Source: Ostreococcus lucimarinus (Eukaryota). Taken from it: a stretch of 64,000 nt of DNA. Positions 21,981-32,709 of this stretch are shown here, piece by piece. Numbering within the stretch: the stretch's first letter is position 1; the number at the start of each line of letters is the position of its first letter. The stretch lies in assembly GCA_000092065.1 (NCBI GenBank), contig CP000590.1. One strand, given 5' to 3'. The notes below the pieces were generated by a model. It was given only the letters and a program-made list of their open reading frames with translations, made no database searches and was not told where the DNA came from. The translations under genes were made by a program, and so were the position numbers.

Positions 21981-22847
21981 TCAAGACGTCGCGGATTCGG
22001 ACAAGCCGAAAACGCCGATCTCGACGTTGAAGGCGCTGGGATCGTCCTCGCGCGCGAGGTCCATCGTCACGGATTCCGCGCGCGACGCCTCCTCGGCGTC
22101 GACGGCGACGAATCTGTAAAAGCCTTCCATCGTACCGCGCTTGGTCTTCAAAGGCGTCGACGACGCGTACTCGAAGCTCGCGCCCGGTTTGATCGTCGGT
22201 TGCTTGCCCACGACCCCGGCTCCGCGCACGGCTTCCGTTCGTCCCTCGTCGTCCGTGATCAACCAGCTTCGACTCAACAACTTGACGCTGGAGTCGGAGA
22301 CGTTTGTAATCGTCACGACGTACTGGAAAAACCACATAGATTCCTTTGGCGAGCTTCGATCGATCACGCATCGCGATTTCACCCGCACGCGCACGCCGCG
22401 CGTCGTGCGATCGCTCTCGCACGGCGACAGCCCGTCCACGACGGCGTCTCGCTCGAGTTCCTCGATCAACATCTTCACGCTCGCCGCCTTTTCGTAGTCT
22501 TCGCGCAAAATCAGCTCCGCCAAGTCGTCCTCCGCCCGCGCCAGCGGATCGCGTCGTCGCAGCGCGCGCAGCTCGTCCCGCACGTTCGCCGCCGCCGCAA
22601 AATTCTCACACGCGATCGCGTCCGCCAACCTCTCGTCCAGCCGCATCGCTCGTCTCCTGAGCGCGGGATCCGTGAACGCCTCCGCCGTCGTCCTCAACCG
22701 TTTCGTGTTCCCGTCCTCCCCCGCGCCGCCCGCGCGCGCCGCGCACCGCGCCGCGCGCCGCGCGCGCGCGCCCCCGCGACGATCCCGCGTCCGCGTCACC
22801 GCCCGCGACGCCCGCGCGTCGCCCGAACGCATCGCACGCGTCGCCAT
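21981..22847 (-). CDS. ApaG-domain (DUF525) protein with UVR-like motif
   Basis: C-terminal RVRVKSRCVIDRSSPKESMWFFQYVVTITNVSDSSVKLLSRSWLITDDEGRTEAVRGAGVVGKQPTIKPGASFEYASSTPL matches ApaG/FBXO3-PDIP38 ApaG fold; upstream DDLAELILREDYEKAASVKMLIEEL UVR-like helix. Confidence 0.7.
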   Translation of the reverse strand: MATRAMRSGDARASRAVTRTRDRRGGARARRAARCAARAGGAGEDGNTKRLRTTAEAFTDPALRRRAMRLDERLADAIACENFAAAANVRDELRALRRRDPLARAEDDLAELILREDYEKAASVKMLIEELERDAVVDGLSPCESDRTTRGVRVRVKSRCVIDRSSPKESMWFFQYVVTITNVSDSSVKLLSRSWLITDDEGRTEAVRGAGVVGKQPTIKPGASFEYASSTPLKTKRGTMEGFYRFVAVDAEEASRAESVTMDLAREDDPSAFNVEIGVFGLSESATS

Positions 22848-23074
22848 CGCGAATCAGATCGCTGATCGCGAAAAAGCGATCAATCCAATCGCGCGATCGA
22901 TGGATGAATCGACGCCGTCGTCGTTCGTCGCGATCGACCGAATCCGGCGTTCGCGACGAAGCGCGCGCGCGATGAAGAGCCGCACCGACGCCCGAAGTCG
23001 CGCGCCGAGCGCGTCGCGGTCGCGTCGCGCTTCTGTGACGCGCGAACGCCGCGTCGGATCGTCGCGCGCGCGAT

Positions 23075-23094
23075 CGCTTTTTCGCGAAAAAGCG
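23075..23094. promoter_or_regulatory. 20-bp perfect palindrome CGCTTTTTCGCGAAAAAGCG in ApaG / GOS1 divergent promoter; related hairpin GATCGCGAAAAAGCGATC at 22864..22881
   Basis: Read directly; the 12-mer CGCGAAAAAGCG occurs twice (22868-22879, 23083-23094) within 230 bp, embedded in GATCGATCG-rich sequence. Confidence 0.5.
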
Positions 23095-23188
23095 CCTCGA
23101 GCGGCGCGATCGACGCGTCCGACGCCCGCGTCGATCGATCGCGCGGTCGATCGATCGATCGCGCGATCGTCGCGCGGTCGATCGCGCG

Positions 23189-24137
23189 ATGGTTTCGCGA
23201 TCGATCGATCGCGCGCGCGGCGCGCGGGCGCGAGGACGCGACGCGCGGATGGCGACGACGGCGACGACGCGGGCGTGGGAGGATCTGCGCAAGGATGCGC
23301 GACGGACGGAGAGCGCGATAGAGCGCGAGCTCGGGGAGCTGAGCGCGCTCGGTGCGCGCGCGACGCGACGCGACGCGACCATCCGACGACGCGGGCGATT
23401 CGCGCGCGACGCGACCATCCGACGACGCGACGCGACGCGACGCGACGCGATGGCGCGAGCGGGCGATTGACGAGCGGCGACGGTGACGGACGATAGGAGC
23501 GAAAGCGCGGTACGGCGGCGCGGACGCGCGCGCGGCGACGCGGGACGCGGTCGAGACGATGGAAAGGGTGGAGCGAGAGATCGCGCGACTGCGAGCGATC
23601 GACGAGGACATGGCGCGCGCGCTGGAGGCGGATGACGAACGGGCGAGAAGCGCGAGCGGACGGGAGGGGGAGGGCGCGACGAGCGCGGGGTATCGAGACT
23701 CGCGGAGACACACGCTGCAGAGACATCGAGACGTGCTGCAGGAATACGCGGACGAGCTGCGGCGGTTGAGAAGAGACGCCGAGGACGCGGCGGAGCGGGA
23801 GAGTTTGTTGGGAGGACGCGCGGGGTCGAGCGCTTCGGGCGGACCCGACGAGAGCGCGGAGGCGAGGTTGATTCGTGAGCGCGCGCGCATAGCGGGGAGC
23901 GCGAGCGCGATGGACGATATCATCAGCGTGGCGCAGAACACGGCGCGAGAGCTCTTCGCGCAACGCGGAATTTTACAAAACGCCGGGGCGAAAATTTTAA
24001 CCATGACGAGCAAGTTTCCGGTGTTGAATAACTTGGTGCTGGCGATCAAGCGGAAAAAGAATAAAGATGCGATGATTTTAGCCGCCGTCGTCGCCGCGTG
24101 CACGACGTTCGTCCTGCTCTACTACTTGTCTAAATAG
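23189..24137 (+). CDS. GOS1: Golgi Qb-SNARE GOS1/GOSR1 (two exons: 23189..23351 and 23497..24137, intron 23352..23496)
   Basis: Exon 1 (ORF 23189..23470, first 54 aa) MATTATTRAWEDLRKDARRTESAIERELGELSAL matches GOS1 N-terminus (W..LRKQAR..E..LD); exon 2 (ORF 23559..24137 frame, open from 23487) RHTLQRHRDVLQEYADELRRL..., C-terminal TM LAAVVAACTTFVLLYYLSK. Donor G|GTGCGCG, acceptor GATAG|GA, phase 1, joins to ...LSAL-G-AKARYGG.... Confidence 0.7.
23352..23496 (+). other. Spliceosomal intron of GOS1 (GT..AG, phase 1) containing a ~33-bp direct repeat
   Basis: Donor CTCG|GTGCGCG, acceptor GACGATAG|GA; contains two copies of CGCGACGCGACCATCCGACGACGCG. Confidence 0.65.
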
Positions 24138-24202
24138 CCGTGTCATCGAAAGCCGAGAAATTGTTCGCGCTCGCGAGGGACTTCACGTCACACGCCGGCG
24201 CG

Positions 24203-25609
24203 ATGCGTCGCCCCGTGTTTTGCGTGGTCGTATGCATCGCCTTTTCGTCGTTCCACGTCGGCGACGCCGCGGAGTCATCGTGCCAAACGCTCGTGTTCTC
24301 CGGGCTTTCCACGTCGTGCAACTTGAACGGCGGACAGAGCTCGAGCGAGGACGCGTGTTGTCGAGCGCTCGACAAAGCGAACGCAAAACGCTGTTTTTGC
24401 GACAATCAACTTATGACGACGATTCAGTTAGTGATTGGAGAAAACGGCATCCAGTTTTTTCGAGACTTCGCGATTGGTTCGTGCTCTGGAGAACTCACGG
24501 AGGGTGAGGCGTGCGACGACGTCGCCGGCGACGACGGATCCGAGTGGGACGGCGTCATCGCGCCGCCGCCGCCGATGGACCACACACACACACATCGCGA
24601 TTTGGAGTTATCCGAGATTGAGTATTACACGCAAGACGTGCGAGGTTCGCCACCACCCGATCGTCGGCCGACGCCGCTGTTCCCAACGCGAGCGCCTCCG
24701 GAACGAGAAACCATCGCAAATTTCATACTCGATCCCAGACGCGACGCGGAGATTGGATTTACGGCGGACGCTCTCACGCTCACCGGCGTTCGGAACGACT
24801 TGGATTCCAATCAAACTTCAACGGTTTTCGTACCGACAAACGAGGCGTGGTACGCCCTGCTCTTTCGTCTCGGCGTCACGAAGGAGGAACTGTTCGCCGA
24901 CACGATTTGGCTGGCCGACGCGCTTCGATACCACATCGTCCGCGACATCGCGCACACCTCAAACATGGGTTTCGGAACTTCGCTTATGACTGATCTCGAC
25001 GACGAAGAGTTGCATGTGGAGAAGTATACCGATAGCAGGCGTTCGAACGTTCCCGTTCGCGTCAACGGATGCTTTGTTCATCCCGCGGCGAATCGCCGCG
25101 ACGTCAGAGTCGGCGACCACGGCGTCGTACACTATATCGATTGTGTTTTACTACCACCGCGGCACCCATTACCCACGTCGCGCACGCTGGCGCAATATAT
25201 TTCGTCAGAGCCGAGCGTGTCGATGTTCGCCAACGCGTTGGCGGGCTCGACGTTGATGTCCGAGCTCTGGAACGAATCCCGTAGGTTCACCGTCTTCGCG
25301 CCGACGAACGATGCGTTCGTGCGATTCTTGGGAGATCCACGCGTCGGGGCGACATTTTACGACGACGGCGTCTTTCGAGACATGCTGTCTCGCCACGTCG
25401 CGCTCGGATTCCACGAAATCTCTGAACTTGCCACCGGGCGCGCCTTGAAATCGCTCACCACCGTCGCCGGCGACGACGATCAAAGTCGCGTGTACGTGGA
25501 GACGCGACGACGAGGCGAAGTCTTCGTAAACGGATGCGCCGTCATCGGTGAACAAATTTTCGCGCGCGACGGCGCCGTACACTTCATCGACTGCGTGCTG
25601 ACTGACTGA
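24203..25609 (+). CDS. Fasciclin (FAS1)-domain protein, secreted (two FAS1 domains)
   Basis: Signal peptide MRRPVFCVVVCIAFSSFHVGDAAE; FAS1 signatures TVFVPTNEAW...LRYHIV...NGCFVHPAANRRDVRVGDHGVVHYIDCVL and FTVFAPTNDAF...LSRHVALG...NGCAVIGEQIFARDGAVHFIDCVL. Listed ORF starts 63 nt earlier (24140). Confidence 0.75.
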   Translation: MRRPVFCVVVCIAFSSFHVGDAAESSCQTLVFSGLSTSCNLNGGQSSSEDACCRALDKANAKRCFCDNQLMTTIQLVIGENGIQFFRDFAIGSCSGELTEGEACDDVAGDDGSEWDGVIAPPPPMDHTHTHRDLELSEIEYYTQDVRGSPPPDRRPTPLFPTRAPPERETIANFILDPRRDAEIGFTADALTLTGVRNDLDSNQTSTVFVPTNEAWYALLFRLGVTKEELFADTIWLADALRYHIVRDIAHTSNMGFGTSLMTDLDDEELHVEKYTDSRRSNVPVRVNGCFVHPAANRRDVRVGDHGVVHYIDCVLLPPRHPLPTSRTLAQYISSEPSVSMFANALAGSTLMSELWNESRRFTVFAPTNDAFVRFLGDPRVGATFYDDGVFRDMLSRHVALGFHEISELATGRALKSLTTVAGDDDQSRVYVETRRRGEVFVNGCAVIGEQIFARDGAVHFIDCVLTD

Positions 25610-25649
25610 AGACTGTATACGTAATGATACAACGTAATGATACAACAAA

Positions 25650-26369
25650 CTAAAACTCGAGCGAAGCGTCGCCGCCACCGTAATGAATCATCTCTGCCAT
25701 CGCGCACGCCACGCACAACGCAGCCACGCCGCCGAACACGCGATAAAACTCCCCCCACTCCACGTCGTCGCTCGCCGCGTTGTCGCTCGATCGACTCGGC
25801 GCCAACAACGAAAACACCTTGGCGTAACACCGCCACCCGAGCATCACCCCCAGCGCGGTGAGCGTCGACACCAGCAGCCCGTGAGATGCCTCTTGCGCTA
25901 ATCCGCCTTTCGTCGCGAACACGACCCCGACCGCTTGCAACGGCGCCCACACCGCCCACGTTTGGACGACTTCGCTCGTCGCGCGCCGCACCGACGGCGT
26001 CTCGTCCCAGTCGATTTCGTAACTCTTCGTCAAAACCGCGCTCACCACCACCCACAAGATCAGCGACCACGCCGCGTCGATCGAAAACGCCGCCGCGCTC
26101 CGCGCCGTGACCTCGATCGGGGCCAACCATCCTGGGAAATCCGCCGCCGCGCTCACCGCGGAGACTTTTTTATACAACAGAAACAGCCACAGCACCGTCA
26201 CGTCGCCGAGGACGAGCAGCCCGTCCTCGAGCGCGCGTCCTCGGTCGCGCGCGTCCTCTCGCGGGCGCGCGTCGTCGTCGCGCGCGTCGTCCGCGTCGTC
26301 GTCCAGCGCGCGCGTCGTTCGCGCGCGCGACGAACGCGCGCGCGCGGGTCTCGAGCGCCACGTCAGCAT
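25650..26369 (-). CDS. Hypothetical multi-pass membrane protein (about 5 TM) with R/S-rich presequence
   Basis: C-terminal 239 aa of ORF 25650..27146 (N-terminal 260 aa are Arg-rich and antisense to the FGGY kinase gene). TM segments LLVLGDVTVLWLFLLY, AWSLILWVVVSAVL, AVWAPLQAVGVVFA, LLVSTLTALGVMLGW, VFGGVAALCVACAMAEM. Alternative start 26504. Confidence 0.45.
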   Translation of the reverse strand: MLTWRSRPARARSSRARTTRALDDDADDARDDDARPREDARDRGRALEDGLLVLGDVTVLWLFLLYKKVSAVSAAADFPGWLAPIEVTARSAAAFSIDAAWSLILWVVVSAVLTKSYEIDWDETPSVRRATSEVVQTWAVWAPLQAVGVVFATKGGLAQEASHGLLVSTLTALGVMLGWRCYAKVFSLLAPSRSSDNAASDDVEWGEFYRVFGGVAALCVACAMAEMIHYGGGDASLEF

Positions 26370-26651
26370 CGAGACCGCCTCGCGCGCGCGCGCGCGGCGC
26401 GCGGGGCGCGCGGGGCGCGCGCGCGCGATCCACGCGCGCGTCGCGCGATCGGCGACCGCGCCGCGCGTCGCGCGACCGCGCGCCGCGACGCGCGCGAGCG
26501 CCATCGGCGACGACGCGTCAGTCTGTGCCGCGCCTCGCGCATGCGCTCGACGTCGACGCGGTCGACGAACGCGACGCGCGGCGCGCGACGCGACGCGACG
26601 CGCGAGAGCGCGCGCGTCTCGAGGCGCGGAACGGCGCGCGACGCGCGCGCG

Positions 26652-27980
26652 ATGCGGCGCGCGCGCGCGAGCGCGAGCGATGGGTGGTTGTACTGCGGCT
26701 TGGACTTTGGGACGTCGAGCGCGCGCCTGGCGCTCGTGGACGATCGAGGCGCGCTCGTCGGCGTGCGAACGAGGGCGTACGACGACGCGAACGCGAGCGT
26801 CGCGCGGGCGTGGGAGCGCGCGCTGTTCGAGCTGCTCGAGGACGCGATGGACGCGGAGGAGCGCGAGCGGTGCCAAGGCGTGGCGGTGGACGGCACGAGC
26901 GGGACGGTGGTCATCGTCGACGCGCGCGACGGGCGAGCGCTGCGAGAACCGTACATGTATAACGAAACGTTTCCAGACGAAGTAGAACGCGTGCGAGCGC
27001 TGAGGAACGGGCCGGGGAAGGATTCGACGGAGAGCGCGTCGAGCGCGGCGTGTAAACTTTCGAGATGGTTTCGCGTGGACGCGGAGGGAGACAGAGAGCA
27101 CGCGGCGCTGTTGCATCACGCGGATTGGTTGGCGTATCTGCTGCACAAGAAGATGGGCATGAGTGATTTCAATAACGCGTTGAAGCTTGGGTTCGATCCA
27201 GCGCCGGGGGTGGAGGCGTTTCCGGGATGGTTGCGAGACGCGCCGTTTGGGTACATGTTGCCGACGGACGTTCGCGCGCCGGGAACGTCGTTCGGCGTCA
27301 TGGACGCCGATGTGGCGAAGCGGTTAGGATTTCCGTCGACGTGTGAAGTCATCGCAGGGACGACGGATAGCGTCGCCGCGTTCGTGGCGTCGAAGGCGGC
27401 CGAATCGGGAGAGTGCGCGACGAGTCTCGGGAGCACGCTCGCGTTGAAACTCATCTCCGACACGCGCGTCGACGACCTGAGCTCGGGCGTGTACTCGCAC
27501 CGTCTCAACGGTCGGTGGCTCGTGGGCGGGGCGTCGAATCTGGGAGGATGGATTTTACGCAGATTCTTTTCCAACGACGCCCTCGAGTCGCTGAGCGAGA
27601 AAATAGCAAACGAAGGTTACGTCGCGACGGAGGATTATTTCGACGGGGTGATGCTAGGTTTCGGTCTGAGCGTCGACGAGGCGTCGGCGATCGTGGAAAA
27701 GTCACGACCGGCGGACGACGCGCAATTCGTGGTGAACATTCTCAGTTCCATCGCCAACGTCGAGGCGAGATGCTACGAGCGCATGCGAACGCTCGGGGCG
27801 TCGCACGGCGCGCGCAAAGTGTACACCGCGGGAGGTGGGGCGAAGAACGGCGTGTGGAGTGGCATGCGCTCGAAAGCCATGGGAGATATCCCTGTCGAAC
27901 GATCGGCGTGCGACGAAGCCGCGTACGGCGCGGCGCTCCTCGCTCGACAGGGAAGGAAACGGTTATCCGGCTACATTTAA
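26652..27980 (+). CDS. FGGY-family carbohydrate kinase (D-ribulose/xylulose kinase-like)
   Basis: C-terminal 443 aa of ORF 25935..27980: GLDFGTSSARLALVD (N-terminal ATPase motif), AGTTDSVAAFVAS, VYTAGGGAKNGVWSGMRSKAMG (C-terminal FGGY motif). Confidence 0.8.
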   Translation: MRRARASASDGWLYCGLDFGTSSARLALVDDRGALVGVRTRAYDDANASVARAWERALFELLEDAMDAEERERCQGVAVDGTSGTVVIVDARDGRALREPYMYNETFPDEVERVRALRNGPGKDSTESASSAACKLSRWFRVDAEGDREHAALLHHADWLAYLLHKKMGMSDFNNALKLGFDPAPGVEAFPGWLRDAPFGYMLPTDVRAPGTSFGVMDADVAKRLGFPSTCEVIAGTTDSVAAFVASKAAESGECATSLGSTLALKLISDTRVDDLSSGVYSHRLNGRWLVGGASNLGGWILRRFFSNDALESLSEKIANEGYVATEDYFDGVMLGFGLSVDEASAIVEKSRPADDAQFVVNILSSIANVEARCYERMRTLGASHGARKVYTAGGGAKNGVWSGMRSKAMGDIPVERSACDEAAYGAALLARQGRKRLSGYI

Positions 27981-28061
27981 CGCTGCGAGCCTTTCGCCGT
28001 TCGCTCGGCGGTGAGTGCCTACATTTAATAGAATTCGATATCGCAACGCTGACTAAGCCAA

Positions 28062-28775
28062 TTAGTTATCGTACGGGTTCAGCATCTTTTTGAACTTGGA
28101 CAACAAGTCATTCTCTTCCGCGCCCGCCGTCGTCGAATCGTCATCCTTGGTGAGTAAAATGACGTCGTCGAACGGATTCTTCTGACCTTGCTTTTCACGA
28201 ATTTGTTCCTCGGTGATCTTAGAGCTTTCGTCACGCTCGCGATAACCGTACTCAACTCTTCCGAACGCCGGCGGTTTCGCCAACGCGGGATACATCTTAA
28301 ACGCCGCCTCCTTCAAAGGCTTCTCCGCCGCCCAAATTTCCTTCTTGATATTACGCGGGCTCTCGCTCGCGAGAGGTCCCACGGGGAACCATTGATTAGG
28401 CCCAGCGGCGCGCACGAACACTTCGAAGATCGCTCCACCCTTCGCGACGATGGCGTCGAAGCGTTCCGCCGCCGCGACTTCCTCCGCGCTCGGCGGTTTC
28501 GCCTTCATCTGCTCCCCTTGCTTCCCACCGGTCTTCGCCTTACGCCTTTGAGGCTTTTGCGGTTTCGGCATCGGTTTGCCTCGTTTCGTCAACGCCGGCG
28601 CCTCGCTCGGCGCGACGAACGGCGATGGCGCGGCGCCATCGTTCGCGGCATCATCGTTCGCGGCGCGGCGAACGCACGCGACGCGACGCTCGTTCTTCGC
28701 CGCGCGCCGCGTCGTCGTCGTTCGCGTCGTCATTCGCGTCGTCGTTCGCGTCGCCGTCGCCATCGTCGTCGCCAT
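28062..28775 (-). CDS. Conserved hypothetical protein with S/T-rich plastid-like transit peptide
   Basis: 237 aa; N-term MATTMATATRTTTRMTTRTTTTRR; conserved-looking core FDAIVAKGGAIFEVFVRAAGPNQWFPVGPLASESPRNIKKEIWAAEKPLKEAAFKMYPALAKPPAFGRVEYGYRERDE; family not identified with certainty. Confidence 0.5.
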   Translation of the reverse strand: MATTMATATRTTTRMTTRTTTTRRAAKNERRVACVRRAANDDAANDGAAPSPFVAPSEAPALTKRGKPMPKPQKPQRRKAKTGGKQGEQMKAKPPSAEEVAAAERFDAIVAKGGAIFEVFVRAAGPNQWFPVGPLASESPRNIKKEIWAAEKPLKEAAFKMYPALAKPPAFGRVEYGYRERDESSKITEEQIREKQGQKNPFDDVILLTKDDDSTTAGAEENDLLSKFKKMLNPYDN

Positions 28776-28920
28776 CGCGTCGCGAGTCGGCGTGAGTATA
28801 TGTGACGTCAGATGTGACGTCGTTATCCACTGAAAAAGGTCGGGACGCGTTTCGATTCAGTTTGGTTCGGTTCGGTTCGGTTCGATTCAGTGCTACGCTA
28901 CGCTACGTGTACGTTCATCG

Positions 28921-31900
28921 TTAATGCGTCAAGCGCTGAAGCTCTTCGACGCGACGAATGATTTCGGCGCGATCGCACTTCATGTCAGCGGCGACGACGT
29001 CGGCTTGCTCGACTTTTAAGTCGAGAAACGATTCGACGAGGTCGCCGTCGACGAAATTCCTCGAAGGATCGCTCTTGCGGCGAAGCGTGTGGCGGAATGA
29101 ACGCCACTCCGCGTGTTTCAAGCCACCGACGCCTTGGATGTGCTTGTTCATGGAGGTTTGAAGGCGCTCGGCGAAATCGTAGGCGTCCTTCGGCAGACTG
29201 GCCAAGACGCCGATGACGCCGTTACCAGTGCCGAAGAGCAAAGTGGGGACTTCTAAACTGTCGCCATCTTTGAGGCTCATGACGAGTGAACCAGGAGAGA
29301 ACACGTTGACGAACTCACCTAGGTGATACTCGCCCGTGATTTCCAAACGACTACGCTCTTCGTCCGTCATAGCGTTCATGTTGCGAGCGACGGTAAACAG
29401 GTTCAAGCTGTTCTCGGCGCCGAGATAGGTTTCGTCATCGTCTAACATCGCCACCGCAGTCATCCAATTTGCGTTAAAGTCTCTCGCGATCTCGTCGATC
29501 GCGCCTTCTTCGGGCTTGTACTGTAACAGCGACATGGACTTAAGCAAATCGCCGACGAGAATCCAATCGCCTCTCGTCTTGACGGAGAACGTGATGATTT
29601 GGCCGTGGTGCGAGCACTCGCTCACCAGCTCGTGCGCGTCGTCTTCGCGCGGTGTCCATTTGAATAGCTCTAGCTTAGAATTGATCCCCGCGAGAAGTTT
29701 ACCCTTGAATGCGTTCAAGTTGTACACGGCGCCTCGAACTTCTTTCTCGGATACGAGTTCAAGGGCGTCCGCCTCAACGCGTAAGACGAGAATGCGCCCG
29801 CGCGACGGTTCATCTTCTTGCTCGTAAGCAAACCCCGTACCGACGACGTAGTACTCTCTCGAATCGCCCGCGAACGAGCACGACATCAAGGAACTCGCCA
29901 ATTCGTGCTCTTCTAATCGAAACTGGTGGAGCGTGTCAAACGAACCGTCGTCGATGAGTCTGATGAAGAGTTCTTGATCACCCTTCGACATCAAATGCTC
30001 GACCGCGACCGCGAATGTGTTCGTGTCGACCTGATGCGCGATCCTACGCGGGTGACCACCGAGTGGGATCGTGCGAATGTGCAGCTTTTGAATGTCGTCA
30101 ATCCCGCCGATGGTTAAATCTTCGTCGCCCGCCAACGCGAGAGCGTCCGGGAACGCTTCGCTGCTGAACGGACAGACATGCAACACCTCTTGCACGTTGA
30201 CGTTGGAGTAGATTAGCTTTTTGTTGTTGCTGAAGATCACCGTCGGCCTATCCGACGCCGCGAACACACTACTCACATTCGTCGCATGGCTCTTAAACGT
30301 TTGCAACGTAATCGGCTTGGTACCGAGGCTCAATTTTTTGCGCCCGCTCAAAGCCCCAGTGTTCTGATCTAAAACGTACGTGATCAACTGACCGTCACCT
30401 AAGCCTACGAACAAGTATGGAATGTCTTCGAACGAACACAGCAACGTCGATCGAGGGATGATGTCTTCATCTGTACTTTCTTTCGTGATGACGCTCAAGT
30501 CACTCATTGACGCGAGCACGATATCCATGGACCACAAACCAACCGCGCACACCGGCGAGCTCATCCCATCGCCCATGGGCGTGCAATCTAAGCAAGCTAT
30601 TTCGTTCTCGAATGTCTTACTCGCCAAGAGGACGATTTTGCCCTTCGCCACGTTCAAGCAGTGTAACTGCCCGCCCGCCGCTGCAACAAGAATTTGAGTC
30701 GGGTTGCACTTCGCCGAAAGAATCTCCGCACCGTCCTTTGGCTTCCATTCATCGAGTAAGTCGCCACCTCTTGAGACGAGGCGGACGCCCCTGTGCGTCA
30801 CTTGAAGGAAAACATTGCCTTGCATGTTGCCACAGCACAAAGTTTGCGCTTCAGCGTCGAAACCCGCAATTTCTGTCTCGTCCAACGTGTCCCCTTCGTC
30901 CCCGACAAAGCCCAAGATGCGAGTTTCGTTTATGAATGTGACGACCAAGTACTTATCCATTTGGCTATCGTCGCTATCGCGAAGTGAAAACAAGCCTTTG
31001 ACACCGGGAAGCTGAATCACCGCTTGCTCGTCAATGCCTATGCCGTTGCGCACTACGCGTAAACTCCCATCTTTTAACGCCCCGCTACACGTAACCACTT
31101 GCCCTTGACCGTGCCGCTCTAAGTCAACGAATGCAAAGTCTACAATGGGACCGAGATTGGTGAACTCTTCTAAAATTTGCACGTACGTCGGGTTGCCGTC
31201 TTTATCGATGCTCGTCTTCTCCGCGTGCAGCTTGATGAGTTGCGAGTCGCCGTACGTGCTACCGACGAATACCACGCCGTTATCGAGATAGCTAAGCGTA
31301 CTCGCGATTGACGTGTCGCCAAGTCTCTCAATTTTAAGCTCTCGAACGCGCTTGCCGTCGTGTAAGATGACGAGCAAGTAGAGCATGCCGTCCGCGTCGC
31401 CCAGCAGGTAGCGCGAGCCGTCCGGATCAATAGCGCCGTAGCACGTGATGTTCGTCCGATCGGGGATGTTGGGGATGTTGATCGCTTTGAGAAACACATC
31501 TGCGTCGTCTTCGAACTTGTTCAAGTACACGATAATTTCCTGCCCCAAGACGACGACACCGCCGATGGGCGCGGGGACCGGAATTATTTTATTCGAGCCA
31601 CCCTCTAAATCGTTCTGCGCCCAAGGCGACGACACGAATTCCTTCTCGCGAATGCCGATCTCGTACGTCTTAATGTGTACCGCATCTTTAGTGTCTCGGT
31701 AAAGCACCGCGATCGTCGGCTTGGGCGTGCCGTGCAAGAACTTGATGTCCTCCACGCGCAACTCCTCGAGGCGAATGTTAAACGCCTCCTTCACCCCGCC
31801 CTTTTCGTCGCACGGAATCACCTTGAATAATCCGTCGTACAGCCGCAACCCGATCGCTCGACACGTGTCATCCACGATCCCAATCTGTCCATCATCCGCC

Positions 31901-32413
31901 GGTCGACCGATATTATCCTGCACGTCCCCGAACGCCTCCGTCTTCAACTCTTCGTTCGCCTCGTCGTACGACAGCACCGTAAACCCATACCTCTCCGTCG
32001 TCAGGTACAACCGCGCCTTCCCATCGCCCGATCCCGTTTGGCACAGCGACATCGTCGCGATTCGACCATTTATCGGCACATCCAGCACCGGTTTCAGCCC
32101 CTCCGCGTGCAAGCGATACACCTCCAGTCGCGTGCTCTTCGCGACGATTAAATCAGTCGCCTCGCTCGACGTAAACTTTCCCACGGCCGAGTGCGTGACC
32201 ACGGTGGGTTTGTGCGCCTGCGGAAACCACGCGTCGTCGTCGTCGTCGTCGTCAGTCGATCGCTCGTCATCGCGCAGAGCGTCGCGCAGTCGGTCGTTCG
32301 CTCGGTCGTCAACGATCGAGCGTCGCGTCGCTTCGCGTCGTACGCGCGCGCGCGCACCGTGACGACGTAATTGTGCTGACACCGCGCGCCTGAACCGCTC
32401 TCGCGCGCGTCCT
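28921..32413 (-). CDS. DDB1: DNA damage-binding protein 1 (DDB1; CUL4 adaptor) - two exons: 32348..32413 and 28921..32217, intron 32218..32347
   Basis: Three beta-propeller architecture; exon 2 begins AHKPTVVTHSAVGKFTSSEATDLIVAKSTRLEVYRL (human [34 protein letters not shown]); exon 1 found by hand: ATG ACG AAC GAG ... AAT TAC GTC GTC ACG = MTNEDARESGSGARCQHNYVVT (human MSYNYVVT) followed by GTGCGCG donor; acceptor TTTCCGCAG|GCGCAC. The first ~100 aa of listed ORF 28921..32520 are intron/5'-region read-through. Confidence 0.85.
32218..32347 (-). other. Spliceosomal intron of DDB1 (130 nt, GTGCGCG...TTTCCGCAG, phase 0)
   Basis: See DDB1 feature; splice restores the conserved NYVVT-A(Q/H)KPT N-terminus. 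Confidence 0.75.
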
Positions 32414-32709
32414 CGTTCGTCATCGCGTCGAGGTCTTCGCGCGTCGCCGAGTGCGGATTGGCAGCTTGGATTGGGCGGCGACGGCGAGACGCGGCCGCGG
32501 CGCGCGCTTCGCGAGGGCATTCGGTCGTTCGAGGATCGAGCGGTGCGCGAGTTCGAGAAACGCAGATGCGCATATTTTGTGGCGTTGCAAAGGCAGGCTG
32601 GCGGCGGGGTGATGTCGATTTCGCGAAGCGCGAGGCGTGGGTGCGGGAAGCGCCGCGTCTGCGGCTGGCGGGAATAAAACGCGACGCGAGATGAGAACGC
32701 GGCGCGAGA

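Noticed and set aside
22864-22881. GC-stem hairpin GATCGC-GAAAAA-GCGATC considered as a rho-independent terminator.
   Set aside because: The locus is eukaryotic. The hairpin lies in a divergent promoter upstream of both flanking genes and is followed by no T-tract; it is treated as a possible regulatory palindrome.
23352-23470. C-terminal part of ORF 23189..23470 (..ARATRRDATIRRRGRFARDATIRRRDATRRDAMARAGD) and the repeat it contains.
   Set aside because: It is read-through into the GOS1 intron (donor at 23351/23352); the RRDATIRRR duplication reflects the ~33-bp intronic direct repeat, not protein sequence.
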